Of a stretch of 64,000 bases of DNA, positions 28,792 to 38,281 are shown piece by piece. The translations under genes and the position numbers were made by a program. The notes under the pieces were generated by a model. It did not search any database. It saw only the letters and a program-made list of their open reading frames with translations, and was not told the origin of the DNA. The stretch is from contig CAVWKY010000004.1 in assembly GCA_963755775.1 (NCBI GenBank), forward strand, positions 42,483 to 106,482, given 5' to 3'. The DNA is from an uncultured Actinomycetes bacterium. GTDB taxonomy: Bacteria > Actinomycetota > Thermoleophilia > Solirubrobacterales > 70-9. Position 1 is the stretch's first letter, and every line of letters begins with the position of its first letter.

Positions 28792-30198
28792 GTGAGCACG
28801 GTCGCCGGTGAGACCAGAATCGATCGGACCGCGGTGGCAGATCTCGCGCGTTCGTTCCGTGGCCAGCTCGTTCGGCCGGAGGATCCCGGCTACGACGAGC
28901 ATCGCAAGGTCTGGAACGGGTCGATCGACCGCCGCCCAGCCCTGATCGCACGTTGCGCCGGGGCCCCCGACGTGAGGGCGGTGGTCGAGCTCGCGAAGCG
29001 CACTGGTGCGCCCCTGGCGGTCCGCGGCGGGGGCCACAGCTTCCCCGGCTTGTCCGTGTGCGACGGCGGGGTCATCGCCGACCTGCGCCCGATGAGCGAG
29101 ATTCGGGTGGATCCGGATTCGCGCACGGCCACGGTCCAGGCGGGGACTCTGTTGGGCGAGCTCGACCAGGCGACGCAGCAATTCGGGATGGCTGTCCCCT
29201 CGGGGATCGTCACCCACACCGGAGTAGCGGGGCTGACGCTCGGTGGTGGGATCGGGTGGCTGATGCGAAAGCACGGGCTCACCGTCGACCAGCTGCTGTC
29301 GGCGGACGTGATGACGGCCAGCGGCGAGTTGGTGCGGGCGTCGCGGGAAGAGAACCAAGACCTCTTCTGGGGCATCTGCGGCGGTGGGGGCAACTTCGGG
29401 ATCGTGACCGAGTTCGAGTTCCGCCTCAACCCGCTCGGCCCAACCGTGCTCGCGGGTCCGATCTTCTGGCCGATGGACGAGTCGCCGGGGCTGCTTCGCT
29501 TCTATCGCGAATGGATCGCCGAGGCGCCCGACGAGCTGATGACGATCGTGATCCACCGGCGCGCCCCACCGCTCTCGTTCGTTCCCAGCGAGCTTCATGG
29601 CGAGCTCGTGGCGAGCATCGTCTGCTGCTATTGCGGATCAGTGGAGGAGGGCGAGCGGGTGATCGCGCCGCTGCGGCGCTTCGGGCGGCCGGTCCTCGAC
29701 CTTTGCGAGCCGAAGCCCTTCCTGCAGCACCAAGCGATGTTCGACCCGTCCTTCCCCCATGGCCGCTGGTACTACATGCGCTCCTGCGACGTCGCCGAGC
29801 TCACTGACGATGTGATCGACATCACCGCCGAGCACTCGATGCGGATCAAGTCCCCGCTTACGGCCTTCCCGATCTGGCAGATGGGCGGCGCCGTGGCCCG
29901 CCAGGACGAGGACGCCACAGCCTTCAACGGCCGCCATGCCGGTCACACCTTCAACATCACTGCGAGTACTGAGACCGCGGGGGGCTTCGAGGAGGAGCGA
30001 GAGTGGGTTCGGGGGCTCTGGTCGGCGCTCGAGCCCCATCACATGGATAGCGTCTACGTCAACTTCCTCATGGAGGAGGGCGAGGATCGAGTTCGCGCCG
30101 CCTACGGCGGCGAGCGCTACGACCGGCTCAAGGCGCTGAAGGCCAAGTACGACCCAGACAACCTCTTTCGGCTGAACCAGAACATCGCTCCAAGCTGA
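28792..30198 (+). CDS. FAD-linked oxidase, BBE/VAO (PCMH) family
   Basis: Intact 468-aa ORF with PALIARCAGAPDVRAVVELAKRTGAPLAVRGGGHSF (His of the covalent-FAD motif) and a C-terminal BBE-like YVNFLMEE...YDPDNLFRLNQNI. There is no signal peptide. Confidence 0.8.
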   Translation: MSTVAGETRIDRTAVADLARSFRGQLVRPEDPGYDEHRKVWNGSIDRRPALIARCAGAPDVRAVVELAKRTGAPLAVRGGGHSFPGLSVCDGGVIADLRPMSEIRVDPDSRTATVQAGTLLGELDQATQQFGMAVPSGIVTHTGVAGLTLGGGIGWLMRKHGLTVDQLLSADVMTASGELVRASREENQDLFWGICGGGGNFGIVTEFEFRLNPLGPTVLAGPIFWPMDESPGLLRFYREWIAEAPDELMTIVIHRRAPPLSFVPSELHGELVASIVCCYCGSVEEGERVIAPLRRFGRPVLDLCEPKPFLQHQAMFDPSFPHGRWYYMRSCDVAELTDDVIDITAEHSMRIKSPLTAFPIWQMGGAVARQDEDATAFNGRHAGHTFNITASTETAGGFEEEREWVRGLWSALEPHHMDSVYVNFLMEEGEDRVRAAYGGERYDRLKALKAKYDPDNLFRLNQNIAPS

Positions 30199-30426
30199 TG
30201 ACGTCACCAGAGGTGTGGCTGCACGCCTTCCCCACACCCGGACGTACTGTCGCGCTGGCCACCCAGCGCGGAGGCTCGTGGCGATGGGTCTCGAACACAT
30301 CTCGCGGTGCCGGCTTCGCGCGACGAGCGATCCGGACGCAGTCGCCGCCTCGAACGCCCGCTTCGCGAGCGACGTTCTCCCCGGGCTCCGCTGAAACAGG
30401 CGCCTACCTGCTTTCCGGTATGCGCG

Positions 30427-30455
30427 TTGATCGCCCGCGACGCCGCGTGTAGGTT
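30427..30455 (+). promoter_or_regulatory. sigma-70-type promoter of oxidase paralogue 2
   Basis: TTGATC (30427-30432), a 17-nt spacer, then TAGGTT (30450-30455). Confidence 0.6.
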
Positions 30456-30581
30456 GGCCGACAAGTCCCCCTAAGCGGAGGGCTGGAACGAACAGCCCGG
30501 TCGGGGGGAGGGGTCGCGGTGTCCAGTTGTCAGTCTTATGCCAGGCCGCCCCGGCGGATTCCGGTGAGCGCAGCGCCGCCG

Positions 30582-32976
30582 ATGCGCAAGGGGCCGATGC
30601 GGCTGCGCGGGAGCTTCGCGCTGCTCGTAGCCGTAGCCCTCTCGATCTTCGTCACCGGAGCACCTGCCGCTGCGCTCGCTCACGATGGAGCCGCGATCAC
30701 CGCTGGCGATCACATCGAGGAGGATTCCGTTGCCCACAGCCCGGCCGAGGAGCAGCGGCTCGAACAACGCACCGGCACGACCACCGCCAAGGATGCCGCG
30801 GCTGCGGCGGCAATGGTGACCGGAAGTGAAGGCGAAGTGGGCCAGTGGGGCCCTGTTGTCGACTGGCCGGTGGTGGGCGTGCACGTGGCGCTGCTCAGGA
30901 ACGGGAAGGTGCTCGCATACGACTCGGTGGGAGACAACGCAACCGAGACCTATCCCGTCCACGACCACACCCGCGCCACGGTGTGGGATCCGGAAACGGG
31001 CACCCAAACTCCGGTGAACGTGACCACGGGCTACAACCTGTTTTGCAGCGGGCTGGCCCACCTCATGGACGGGTCCGTGTTCCTCGCCGGCGGAAACAAG
31101 AACGCCCAACTCGAAGGTCTCGTCCAAACACACGTCTTCGACTCGAACACGAACACGTGGAGCACTGGACCGAACATGGCGGCCGGCCGCTGGTACCCAA
31201 GCGTGACCCCCCTGCAGAACGGGGAGATGCTGATCACCGAGGGTGGGCCGGACATCCCGGAAGTGCGCAAGATCGACGGTAGCCTGCGGGCCCTCAACAC
31301 AGCCTCGCTGAACCTGCCGTTTTACCCCTGGATCGACGTTGCGCCCGACGGCCGCGCCTTCTACTCGGGCCCTCACCAGGCGATGCTGAGCCTCAACACA
31401 GCCCCAGGAGGCGCGTGGCGGAGCCTCGGCCAGCGCGACCCCGTGGACCGCACCTACGGCAGCCGTGCCCTTTTTGACGTAGGCAAGATCCTCGTCACGG
31501 GCGGAGCCACCTCGAGGCGGGATGGTCGCGTCATCGACATGAACGGGGCGACCCCGCAGGTCACGGCTGCCGCGCCGATGGCCTATGGCCGCCGACAGCA
31601 CAATCTCACCGTGCTGGCAGACGGCACCGTGCTCGCCACCGGCGGCAATTCGTCCGGGGCCCAATACGTGGACCTCGACAATGGCGTCTACCCAGCCGAA
31701 CTCTGGAATCCCGCCACCGGTCGGTGGCAAACGCTCGCGGCGATGCAGGTGACCCGCCAGTACCACTCCACCGCCCTGCTGTTGCCCGACGGACGAGTGC
31801 TTTCTTCAGGCGGTGGCATCTGCGGCACCTGTGACCAAGTGGGCTACCTGGCGAAGAACGCCGAGGTGTTCACCCCGCCCTACCTGTTCAAGAAGGATGG
31901 ATCAGGTGAGCTCGCTCCGCGGCCAGAGATCACGTCCGCCCACGACGAGATGACATACAACGCGCCGTCTTGCGATCTCCACGCCGGACGCGGGCTCCAT
32001 CAGCAAGGTGGCGCTGGTTCGGCTGGGCGCGGTAACGCACTCGGTGAACATGGAGCAGCGCTATGTGCCGCTCTCGTTCACCACTGACGATGGAGTGATC
32101 AACGCCACCGCCCCAGCCAACGCCAACGTCGCACCGCCAGGCCCTTACATGCTCTTCCTGATCGACTCGGACGGCGTGCCCTCGGTGGCGAGGATGGTCC
32201 GGGTTGGCAAGGAGCCGACTACGGAGATGACCGGCGGTCCAGGAGGTCGGACCAACGACCCAACTCCGACCTTCACCTTCTCCTCCCAGCCGGGAACGAG
32301 CTTTGAGTGCAAGCTCGACTCGGGGTCCTTCACCCCCTGCAGTTCGCCGATGACCACCTCCAATCTCAACGACGGCTCCCACACGCTCTTCGTCCGCGCC
32401 AAGGACCAGGCCGGCAACGTTGACCCGACTCCGGCCTCGCGCGCCTTCACGGTCAAGACCGCCGCTGTAAGCGTCTCGGGCTCGACCCTCCTGGTGACGG
32501 CTGCGGCAGGGGCCAAGGACAACCTGGTGATCGCGAAGCCGTCCGCTTCGACCCTGCGGATCACCGACGTTCCGAGCGGCGCCTACACGGGCTCTGGTGT
32601 CCACACGGGGACAGGCTGCACGCGGACTGGAACCTATGCGGCCGAATGCTCAGCCTCGGGGATCACCTTGGTCCAGGTCACCTCCGCCGATGACATCGAC
32701 AAGGTGACGAACTCGACCGCGCTCATGAGCTCGCTCAACGGCGGAGCCGCCAACGATCTCTTGACCGGGGGCTCTGCCGCAGACATCCTGACCGGATCGA
32801 CGGGGGCCGACGTGTTGAAGGGCATGAACGGAAACGACGATCTTCGTGCGCGCGACCTCACCTCGGACACGACGATCGACTGCGGAAGCGGAACAGCCGA
32901 CAAGGCCGACCTCGACCTGCTCCCCACGGACCCCGACTCTGTGGTGATCGGCTGCGAGACCAGGACCCGCCACTGA
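30582..32976 (+). pseudogene. secreted copper-radical oxidase paralogue 2 (same architecture); one frameshift near 31966-31972
   Basis: It is split between ORFs 30519..32087 and 32008..32976. The likely start is ATG 30582 (MRKGPMRLRGSFALLVAV...). It has the same motifs as paralogue 1: NLFCSGLAHL, GRWYPSVTPL, RQYHSTALLLPDGRV and THSVNMEQRY. The frame is lost between TYNAP and ISTPDAGSISKVALVRLG. Confidence 0.8.
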
Positions 32977-33124
32977 CAGCTTTCGGCCTCAGCTCTGGGG
33001 GCTAGTCCTGCTACGGTCCCCATGCTTGGTCAGGCAAGGAGCCTGACAAACCGTGTTCGCGCTCGCCGTCGTTGCCGTTCGTGCACCTCTGCGTCCGCTG
33101 CACATATCCGCAGAGGAGACAGAC

Positions 33125-33328
33125 ATGCCAACTGGAACCGTGAAGTGGTTCAGCGACGAGAAGGGATTCGGCTTCATCACTCCCGATGACGGCTCGAAGG
33201 ACCTCTTCGTCCATCAGAGCGCGATCGTCGGCGACGGCTTTCGCACCCTTCAGGAGGGGGCCAAGGTCACATACCAGGCCGAGGCCGGCGACAAGGGCCC
33301 CAGGGCCGCGGACGTACAAGCAAGCTAG
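33125..33328 (+). CDS. cold-shock protein (CSD)
   Basis: [34 protein letters not shown] carries the RNP1 and RNP2 motifs. GAGGAG lies 6 nt upstream of the ATG. Confidence 0.9.
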   Translation: MPTGTVKWFSDEKGFGFITPDDGSKDLFVHQSAIVGDGFRTLQEGAKVTYQAEAGDKGPRAADVQAS

Positions 33329-33353
33329 CCGCCTTCCTTAAGCGCCTTCAGGT

Positions 33354-33372
33354 CGGCGGAGCATGTCCGCCG
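33354..33372 (+). terminator. hairpin after the cold-shock gene
   Basis: CGGCGGA-GCATG-TCCGCCG forms a 7-bp stem, followed by gcccagTTTcg. Confidence 0.4.
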
Positions 33373-33454
33373 GCCCAGTTTCGCCCGCCATATTGCTCGT
33401 CGGGAACACGTGTGACCATCAGCAATCCGACGGCACCGGGAACATCCCGGCGCG

Positions 33455-33997
33455 ATGGCACCTCGTCCATCACTCCGCAGGAAGCGGGGAGCGGGCACCC
33501 CGCGCCCGGCGAGCTACTACCGGGTCGCCGGCGTGGACCTGCGTGCGGAGATGGAGGGCCTTAGCCGCCTTGCGGTTTTCGGGGGCGAGGATGGGCCGCT
33601 CGTCCGCCGCCAACCCACGCTGACGATCCGGCGGGCCTCGAAACGACCCCGCAGCCGACTGGGATTCGCAATCCCCGACGAGTGGCGGATCTCGGTGACC
33701 GCTTTTCCGGGACAGCGCCCCGGTGACGCCAGGGAGACGCTCGTCCATGAGCTCGTCCACCTCGTAATCGGTGCGTCGCCGGGCAGCCGTCGCTGGCACG
33801 GCCGCAAGTTCACGACGACGATGCGCCAAGCGATGCTGCAGGGCTATGGCATCGGCGACGTGAAGGCGAAAAGCAGCTATCACGGCGCCTACGCCGAGGC
33901 GCTCGAGAAACGTGGAGCCCAACCCCCTCGGGGACGGTCGAAAGCCCTTCACCCAGGCCAACTGCGGCTGATCGAGCCCGCTGTCGCACAGGGTTAG
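33455..33997 (+). CDS. SprT-like zinc-metallopeptidase-domain protein
   Basis: ETLVHELVHLVIG...RRWHGRKF contains HExxH followed by a downstream His. Confidence 0.5.
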   Translation: MAPRPSLRRKRGAGTPRPASYYRVAGVDLRAEMEGLSRLAVFGGEDGPLVRRQPTLTIRRASKRPRSRLGFAIPDEWRISVTAFPGQRPGDARETLVHELVHLVIGASPGSRRWHGRKFTTTMRQAMLQGYGIGDVKAKSSYHGAYAEALEKRGAQPPRGRSKALHPGQLRLIEPAVAQG

Positions 33998-34179
33998 CCG
34001 CAATCTGGGCCATCCGGTCGAGCTCTGTTTTCGGAGGGGACGTTGACCGGGGCGATGGCAAGATCGTTGCGGTCGGCGTGGGACTGGGGACCAACTACAC
34101 CAGTGACTTCGCGCTCGCTCGCTATCCAGGGACCTGAGTTACGCACATCACGGCGGCGCCCAGCCTCTAGAGTCGAGCG

Positions 34180-34683
34180 GTGCTACTGCGCGGCGAGCGC
34201 CCACCTGACACCTGGGAGCGCGACGAGGCGATCGTGGCCTGGGTCTATGGCTCGCTCCTCGCGGGAGCCTCGGTGGTACCGAGCGGCGTAGTCGCCACAG
34301 CTCCAGGCCAGGTGCTCCTTTATACGACCGTCAGCATGGTCGTGATCTGGGTGGCTCACTCCTACGCGGCCTTCGTCGGACATGGCGGTCGCTTCGACTC
34401 GGGGGGACTCGTCGCCCGAGTCCGCCACGCGATGGGAACGGAGCTCCCGGTCCTCGCGTCGGCGACCCCGACCCTGATCGCGCTGGCGACCGCTTGGCTG
34501 TTCGGGGCGGGGGTTGCTTCGACCGCGCTGGTCGGGCTTTGCACGGCAGTCGCGACCATGGCTGTGGTCGCCGCCGGAGCGGCACGCCGAGCAGGCGCGG
34601 GCAGGTTGGGTATCTGCGCCGCGGTGACCGCGGCACTGGTCCTCGGTACCCTGCTGATCGCCGCCAAGGTCGCGCTGAAGTAG
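34180..34683 (+). CDS. integral membrane protein, unknown function
   Basis: 167-aa ORF with four or five hydrophobic segments. Confidence 0.5.
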   Translation: MLLRGERPPDTWERDEAIVAWVYGSLLAGASVVPSGVVATAPGQVLLYTTVSMVVIWVAHSYAAFVGHGGRFDSGGLVARVRHAMGTELPVLASATPTLIALATAWLFGAGVASTALVGLCTAVATMAVVAAGAARRAGAGRLGICAAVTAALVLGTLLIAAKVALK

Positions 34684-34872
34684 ACCTCCCGGGGATCCCG
34701 AATCAGCGTAATGTGGCACGGTTCCGGCTTGCGCTCGCCACGGATCTGTGGTCGGATTGATGTCCGTGGCGGAACCGGAGCAGGTGAGTGAAACGATGAC
34801 CGACCAAGAACTACCGGCAGGCTGGCAGGAAGGGAAAGAGGGCTACTGGACGGCAACGCCCTGAAAGGGCAT

Positions 34873-35946
34873 GTGAGAACCGTGCGTATCTGCATCGCCG
34901 TGGCGCTTGGCTTGTGTCTGAGCGGCATGCATATCGGCGTCGCCGAGGCAGCGTGCCACGGTCACCGGGCGACGATCCGGGGACACGGCAAGACCATCAT
35001 CGGCACCCCGCAGCGCGACGTGATCGTCGGCACCGCTCGCTCCAACTGGATCGTCGGCGGAGGCGGCCGCGATGTCGTCTGCGCTGGTCGCGGCCGCGAC
35101 CGAGTATTGATCGGGGTGCTCGGCAAGAGCTCTGAGCCGGCATTCGTCGCCCTCGGTCGGGGCGCCGATTATGTCGCGGGGGCGACCTCTGGCGACCGCC
35201 TCTACGGCAAGGCCGGGGAGGATTACCTGGCGGGTGAGGCCGGGTACGACAGGATGTTCGGTGGGCCGGGCGACGATCACCTCGCCGGGGCCACTGGAGA
35301 GGACCGAATCAAGGGGGGGTCCGGGAACGACGTCGTCACGGGCTCATCCCAGAACGACGTGGTCAGGGGCGGGCCGGGCGACGACCGGATCAGCACCGGG
35401 CCCGGGGGCGACCGGGTATGGGGCGATCAGGGCAACGACGAGATCCACCTTCTGGAAGGGAGCGATCGCGGGCGCGGCGGGCGCGGCGACGACTACGTCG
35501 GCGGGTTCAACGGCGATGACTCCCTGCGGGGCGGCCCGGGCTTCGATGCCGGCAAGGGCGGGTGGGGGATCGACACCCTCATGGAGTTCGAGGTCTGGTT
35601 CGACATCGAAAGCCGGGGCGGGGAGCCGCTCATCGGGGCCCCGATCCCGAAGCTGTCACCCGCCCCGACCACGGGCGCGGTCAGGCGGCTGGCCGCCTAT
35701 AAGCGAACCCTGCATACCCGTGAATCCGTCCGCACCGATCGCCAGGTGGCGTTCATGTACGCCAAGTCGAGGCAGCTCGGCAACGCAGCCGTGCGGCTCG
35801 TTCACAAGCGGTTCCGCCACCGGCGAGACAGCATGAGCATCACGAGAGCGAGGTTGCTCCGCAGTCGGGAGTCGCACCGGGTGCGCCATCTGCTCATCGA
35901 CATCTCTCATGAGATCGACCGGCTGGTGATCGGTCGCCTGGACTGA
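34873..35946 (+). CDS. secreted calcium-binding protein with RTX-type (GGxGxD) repeats and basic C-terminal tail
   Basis: It has a signal peptide (MRTVRICIAVALGLCLSGMHIGVAEA). About ten nonapeptide-like repeats follow (GGPGDDHLAG, GGSGNDVVTG, GGPGDDRIST, ...). Confidence 0.7.
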   Translation: MRTVRICIAVALGLCLSGMHIGVAEAACHGHRATIRGHGKTIIGTPQRDVIVGTARSNWIVGGGGRDVVCAGRGRDRVLIGVLGKSSEPAFVALGRGADYVAGATSGDRLYGKAGEDYLAGEAGYDRMFGGPGDDHLAGATGEDRIKGGSGNDVVTGSSQNDVVRGGPGDDRISTGPGGDRVWGDQGNDEIHLLEGSDRGRGGRGDDYVGGFNGDDSLRGGPGFDAGKGGWGIDTLMEFEVWFDIESRGGEPLIGAPIPKLSPAPTTGAVRRLAAYKRTLHTRESVRTDRQVAFMYAKSRQLGNAAVRLVHKRFRHRRDSMSITRARLLRSRESHRVRHLLIDISHEIDRLVIGRLD

Positions 35947-35958
35947 TTCCTCCAGGAC

Positions 35959-37383
35959 GTGCCCTCCGCTCCCACTAAACCCAAGCTCGTGTCCACCGCC
36001 TCCGCGGAGGAGCGCGCAGCCGCCGGCAAGGCGGCGCGCGAAAAGGTTCCGCGCTCGAGCCACGGGGAATGGAAGCCGCCAGCGCGCCGGCGAGATCCGG
36101 TCAAGGTGCTCGAGGACCAGGGCAAGAGCCGCGTCCCGGAGCTGGTGCCGATCCGCTACGGGCGGATGCTCGCCTCGCCGTTCACGTTCTTTCGCGGCGC
36201 GGCGGCGATCATGGCGATGGACCTCGCCAAGACCCCCCAGTCCGGGTTGCATGTCCAGGCATGCGGCGACGCCCACCTGTCGAACTTCGGTGTCTTCGCC
36301 GCCCCCGATCGGCGTCTGGTGGTGGACGTCAACGACTTCGACGAGACCCTTCCTGGGCCCTGGGAATGGGACGTCAAGCGCCTCGCGGCGAGCTTCGCGA
36401 TCGCCGGGCGCGACCGCGACTTCACCCCGGAGGAGACCCGTACCGCGGTCCTCACCACCGTCCGCTCCTTCCGCGAGGCGATGCGCGAATTCGCCGCGAT
36501 GCGAAACCTCGACGTCTGGTACGCGCGCCTCGACGTCGAGGGCCTGCTCGCCGACCTGGCCAAGGTGGCCGACCGCAAGCAGATGAAGACGGTGCAGAAG
36601 AACGTGGCCAAGGCCCACAAGAAGAACAGCCTCAAGGCCTTCGACCGCCTCGTCCGGGTGGTTGACGGCGAGCCGCGGATCATCAGCGATCCACCGCTGC
36701 TGGTCCCCGCGCGAGAGCTCGTCGCCAGGGACCAGCGCCATGAGCTCGAGGAGCGGATCCTCGAGATGCTCGGCCGCTACCGCCAGAGCCTCAAGGGGGA
36801 TCGCCGCCACCTGTTCGACAGCTATCGGTTCGTCGAGATGGCCCGCAAGGTGGTCGGGGTCGGAAGCGTCGGAACCCGCGCCTGGGTAGTGCTGATGATG
36901 GGCCGCGACGGGCAGGACCCGCTCTTCCTGCAGGCCAAGGAGGCCGAGGCCTCGGTGCTCGAGCCCTACGTTGAGGAGAGCGAGTTCGGAAACCATGGCG
37001 AGCGGGTGGTCGAAGGCCAGTGGCTGATGCAGGCCGCGAGCGACATCCTTCTCGGCTGGCTTCCGGCGCTCGGGTTCGACGACAAAAAGCGAGACTTCTA
37101 CGTCCGCCAGCTGTGGGACGGCAAGCGCTCGGTGGACGTCGAGACCATGCCGCCGGAGGGCCTTGCGATCTACGGCCGGGTCTGCGGCTGGACGCTGGCC
37201 CGAGCCCACGCGCGATCCGGCGACCGGATCGCGATCGCCTCCTACCTCGGCAAGGGCGAGACGTTCGACCAGGCGATCGCCGACTTCTCAGAGCTCTACG
37301 CGGACCAAAACGAGCTCGACTACGGTGCGCTCGCCGACGCGGCCAAGTCGGGCCGCATCGAGGTGGAGACGGACCTCATCTAG
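35959..37383 (+). CDS. DUF2252-family protein
   Basis: 474-aa ORF with LVPIRYGRMLASPFTFFRGAAAIMAMDL...ACGDAHLSNFG...DVNDFDETLPGPWEWDVKRLAAS. Confidence 0.7.
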   Translation: MPSAPTKPKLVSTASAEERAAAGKAAREKVPRSSHGEWKPPARRRDPVKVLEDQGKSRVPELVPIRYGRMLASPFTFFRGAAAIMAMDLAKTPQSGLHVQACGDAHLSNFGVFAAPDRRLVVDVNDFDETLPGPWEWDVKRLAASFAIAGRDRDFTPEETRTAVLTTVRSFREAMREFAAMRNLDVWYARLDVEGLLADLAKVADRKQMKTVQKNVAKAHKKNSLKAFDRLVRVVDGEPRIISDPPLLVPARELVARDQRHELEERILEMLGRYRQSLKGDRRHLFDSYRFVEMARKVVGVGSVGTRAWVVLMMGRDGQDPLFLQAKEAEASVLEPYVEESEFGNHGERVVEGQWLMQAASDILLGWLPALGFDDKKRDFYVRQLWDGKRSVDVETMPPEGLAIYGRVCGWTLARAHARSGDRIAIASYLGKGETFDQAIADFSELYADQNELDYGALADAAKSGRIEVETDLI

Positions 37384-37414
37384 AAAAGGTCAGCCCGCGG
37401 TCAGGGTTGCCGCC

Positions 37415-37993
37415 TCAGCGAAGCCGGCCATCGAGCGAGCCGGCGGTCGCCTCGGCGAGCGCGATGCCCAGGAGCGATCCAGCCATGACGTCGCCGGGAT
37501 AGTGCACGCCCGTATGTACGCGGGAGTACGCGACCAATGCTGCCAGCGCCCGTAGGGGAGCGGCTGCCGCGGGCGAAACATGAGCGACTCCGGTCGCGAA
37601 CGCAAACGCCGCAGCCGAGTGCCCGGACGGGAACGAGCTGGAGACCGGCATGCGAACCTGGCGGGCAAGGGGAACCTCCTGCGCGATCCGGTCTGGACGG
37701 CGGCGACGGCCGAGCGGCTTGGCAATCAGGTTGGCGACGGTCGCCGTGACCGCAACCGAAGCGAGCCCGATCACGGCCGCCCGACGGCCGTCGCGCCCGC
37801 CCACTACCGCCAACACGGCAGCTGAACCTAACGATAGGCGTGAATAGTCGGCGGCACGCGAGAGCCGACTCATGGCGCGGTCGATCGCCGGCGTGGAGGT
37901 GCGGGCGATCGCCGCGTAGACCCCGACGTCGAGGCGCTCGGCCTCGTCGAGCCAGCGCCCGAGGCGCGGCGGCGCCGCGGTAGAGGCGTCCAT
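37415..37993 (-). CDS. PAP2-family phosphatase
   Basis: KPLGRRRRP ... SFPSGHS ... SRVHTGVHYPGD are the three PAP2 motifs. Confidence 0.8.
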   Translation of the reverse strand: MDASTAAPPRLGRWLDEAERLDVGVYAAIARTSTPAIDRAMSRLSRAADYSRLSLGSAAVLAVVGGRDGRRAAVIGLASVAVTATVANLIAKPLGRRRRPDRIAQEVPLARQVRMPVSSSFPSGHSAAAFAFATGVAHVSPAAAAPLRALAALVAYSRVHTGVHYPGDVMAGSLLGIALAEATAGSLDGRLR

Positions 37994-38030
37994 GTCGGAG
38001 GAGCTCAGATCCGGGGAGCGGTCCGCGATG

Positions 38031-38249
38031 TCACCACTTCAACTCGATCTCGAGCTCTCGCTCATCGCTCTCCACCTCTAGCTCGACCTTGAACTGCACC
38101 TCGTCGGGGACGTGAACCGTCATGTTCATTCCGCCCTGCTCGAACTTGATGTCGTTGCTCTTGGCGAGCATGGTGGCGAGCCTGCGCAGCCGGGTCGCGA
38201 CTTCCTTGCGGCTCAGGGTCTCCTTCTGCTCGATCTCGACGATGTCCAT
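38031..38249 (-). CDS. amphi-Trp domain protein (72 aa)
   Basis: MDIVEIEQKETLSRKEVATRLRRLA...ELEIELKW, with a terminal Trp and an acidic alternating C-terminus. Confidence 0.65.
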   Translation of the reverse strand: MDIVEIEQKETLSRKEVATRLRRLATMLAKSNDIKFEQGGMNMTVHVPDEVQFKVELEVESDERELEIELKW

Positions 38250-38281
38250 GTTGCTCCTTGCCTTAGTGGTGTCCTATGTCG

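Noticed and set aside
26252-31766. Pair of similar 430/431-aa minus-strand ORFs (26252..27544 and 30471..31766) that look like conserved paralogues
   Set aside because: Their similarity is a by-product of lying antisense to the two copper-radical oxidase paralogues. The plus strand carries all the catalytic motifs.
35656-37209. 517-aa minus-strand ORF
   Set aside because: It is antisense to the DUF2252 gene, which has strong family motifs.
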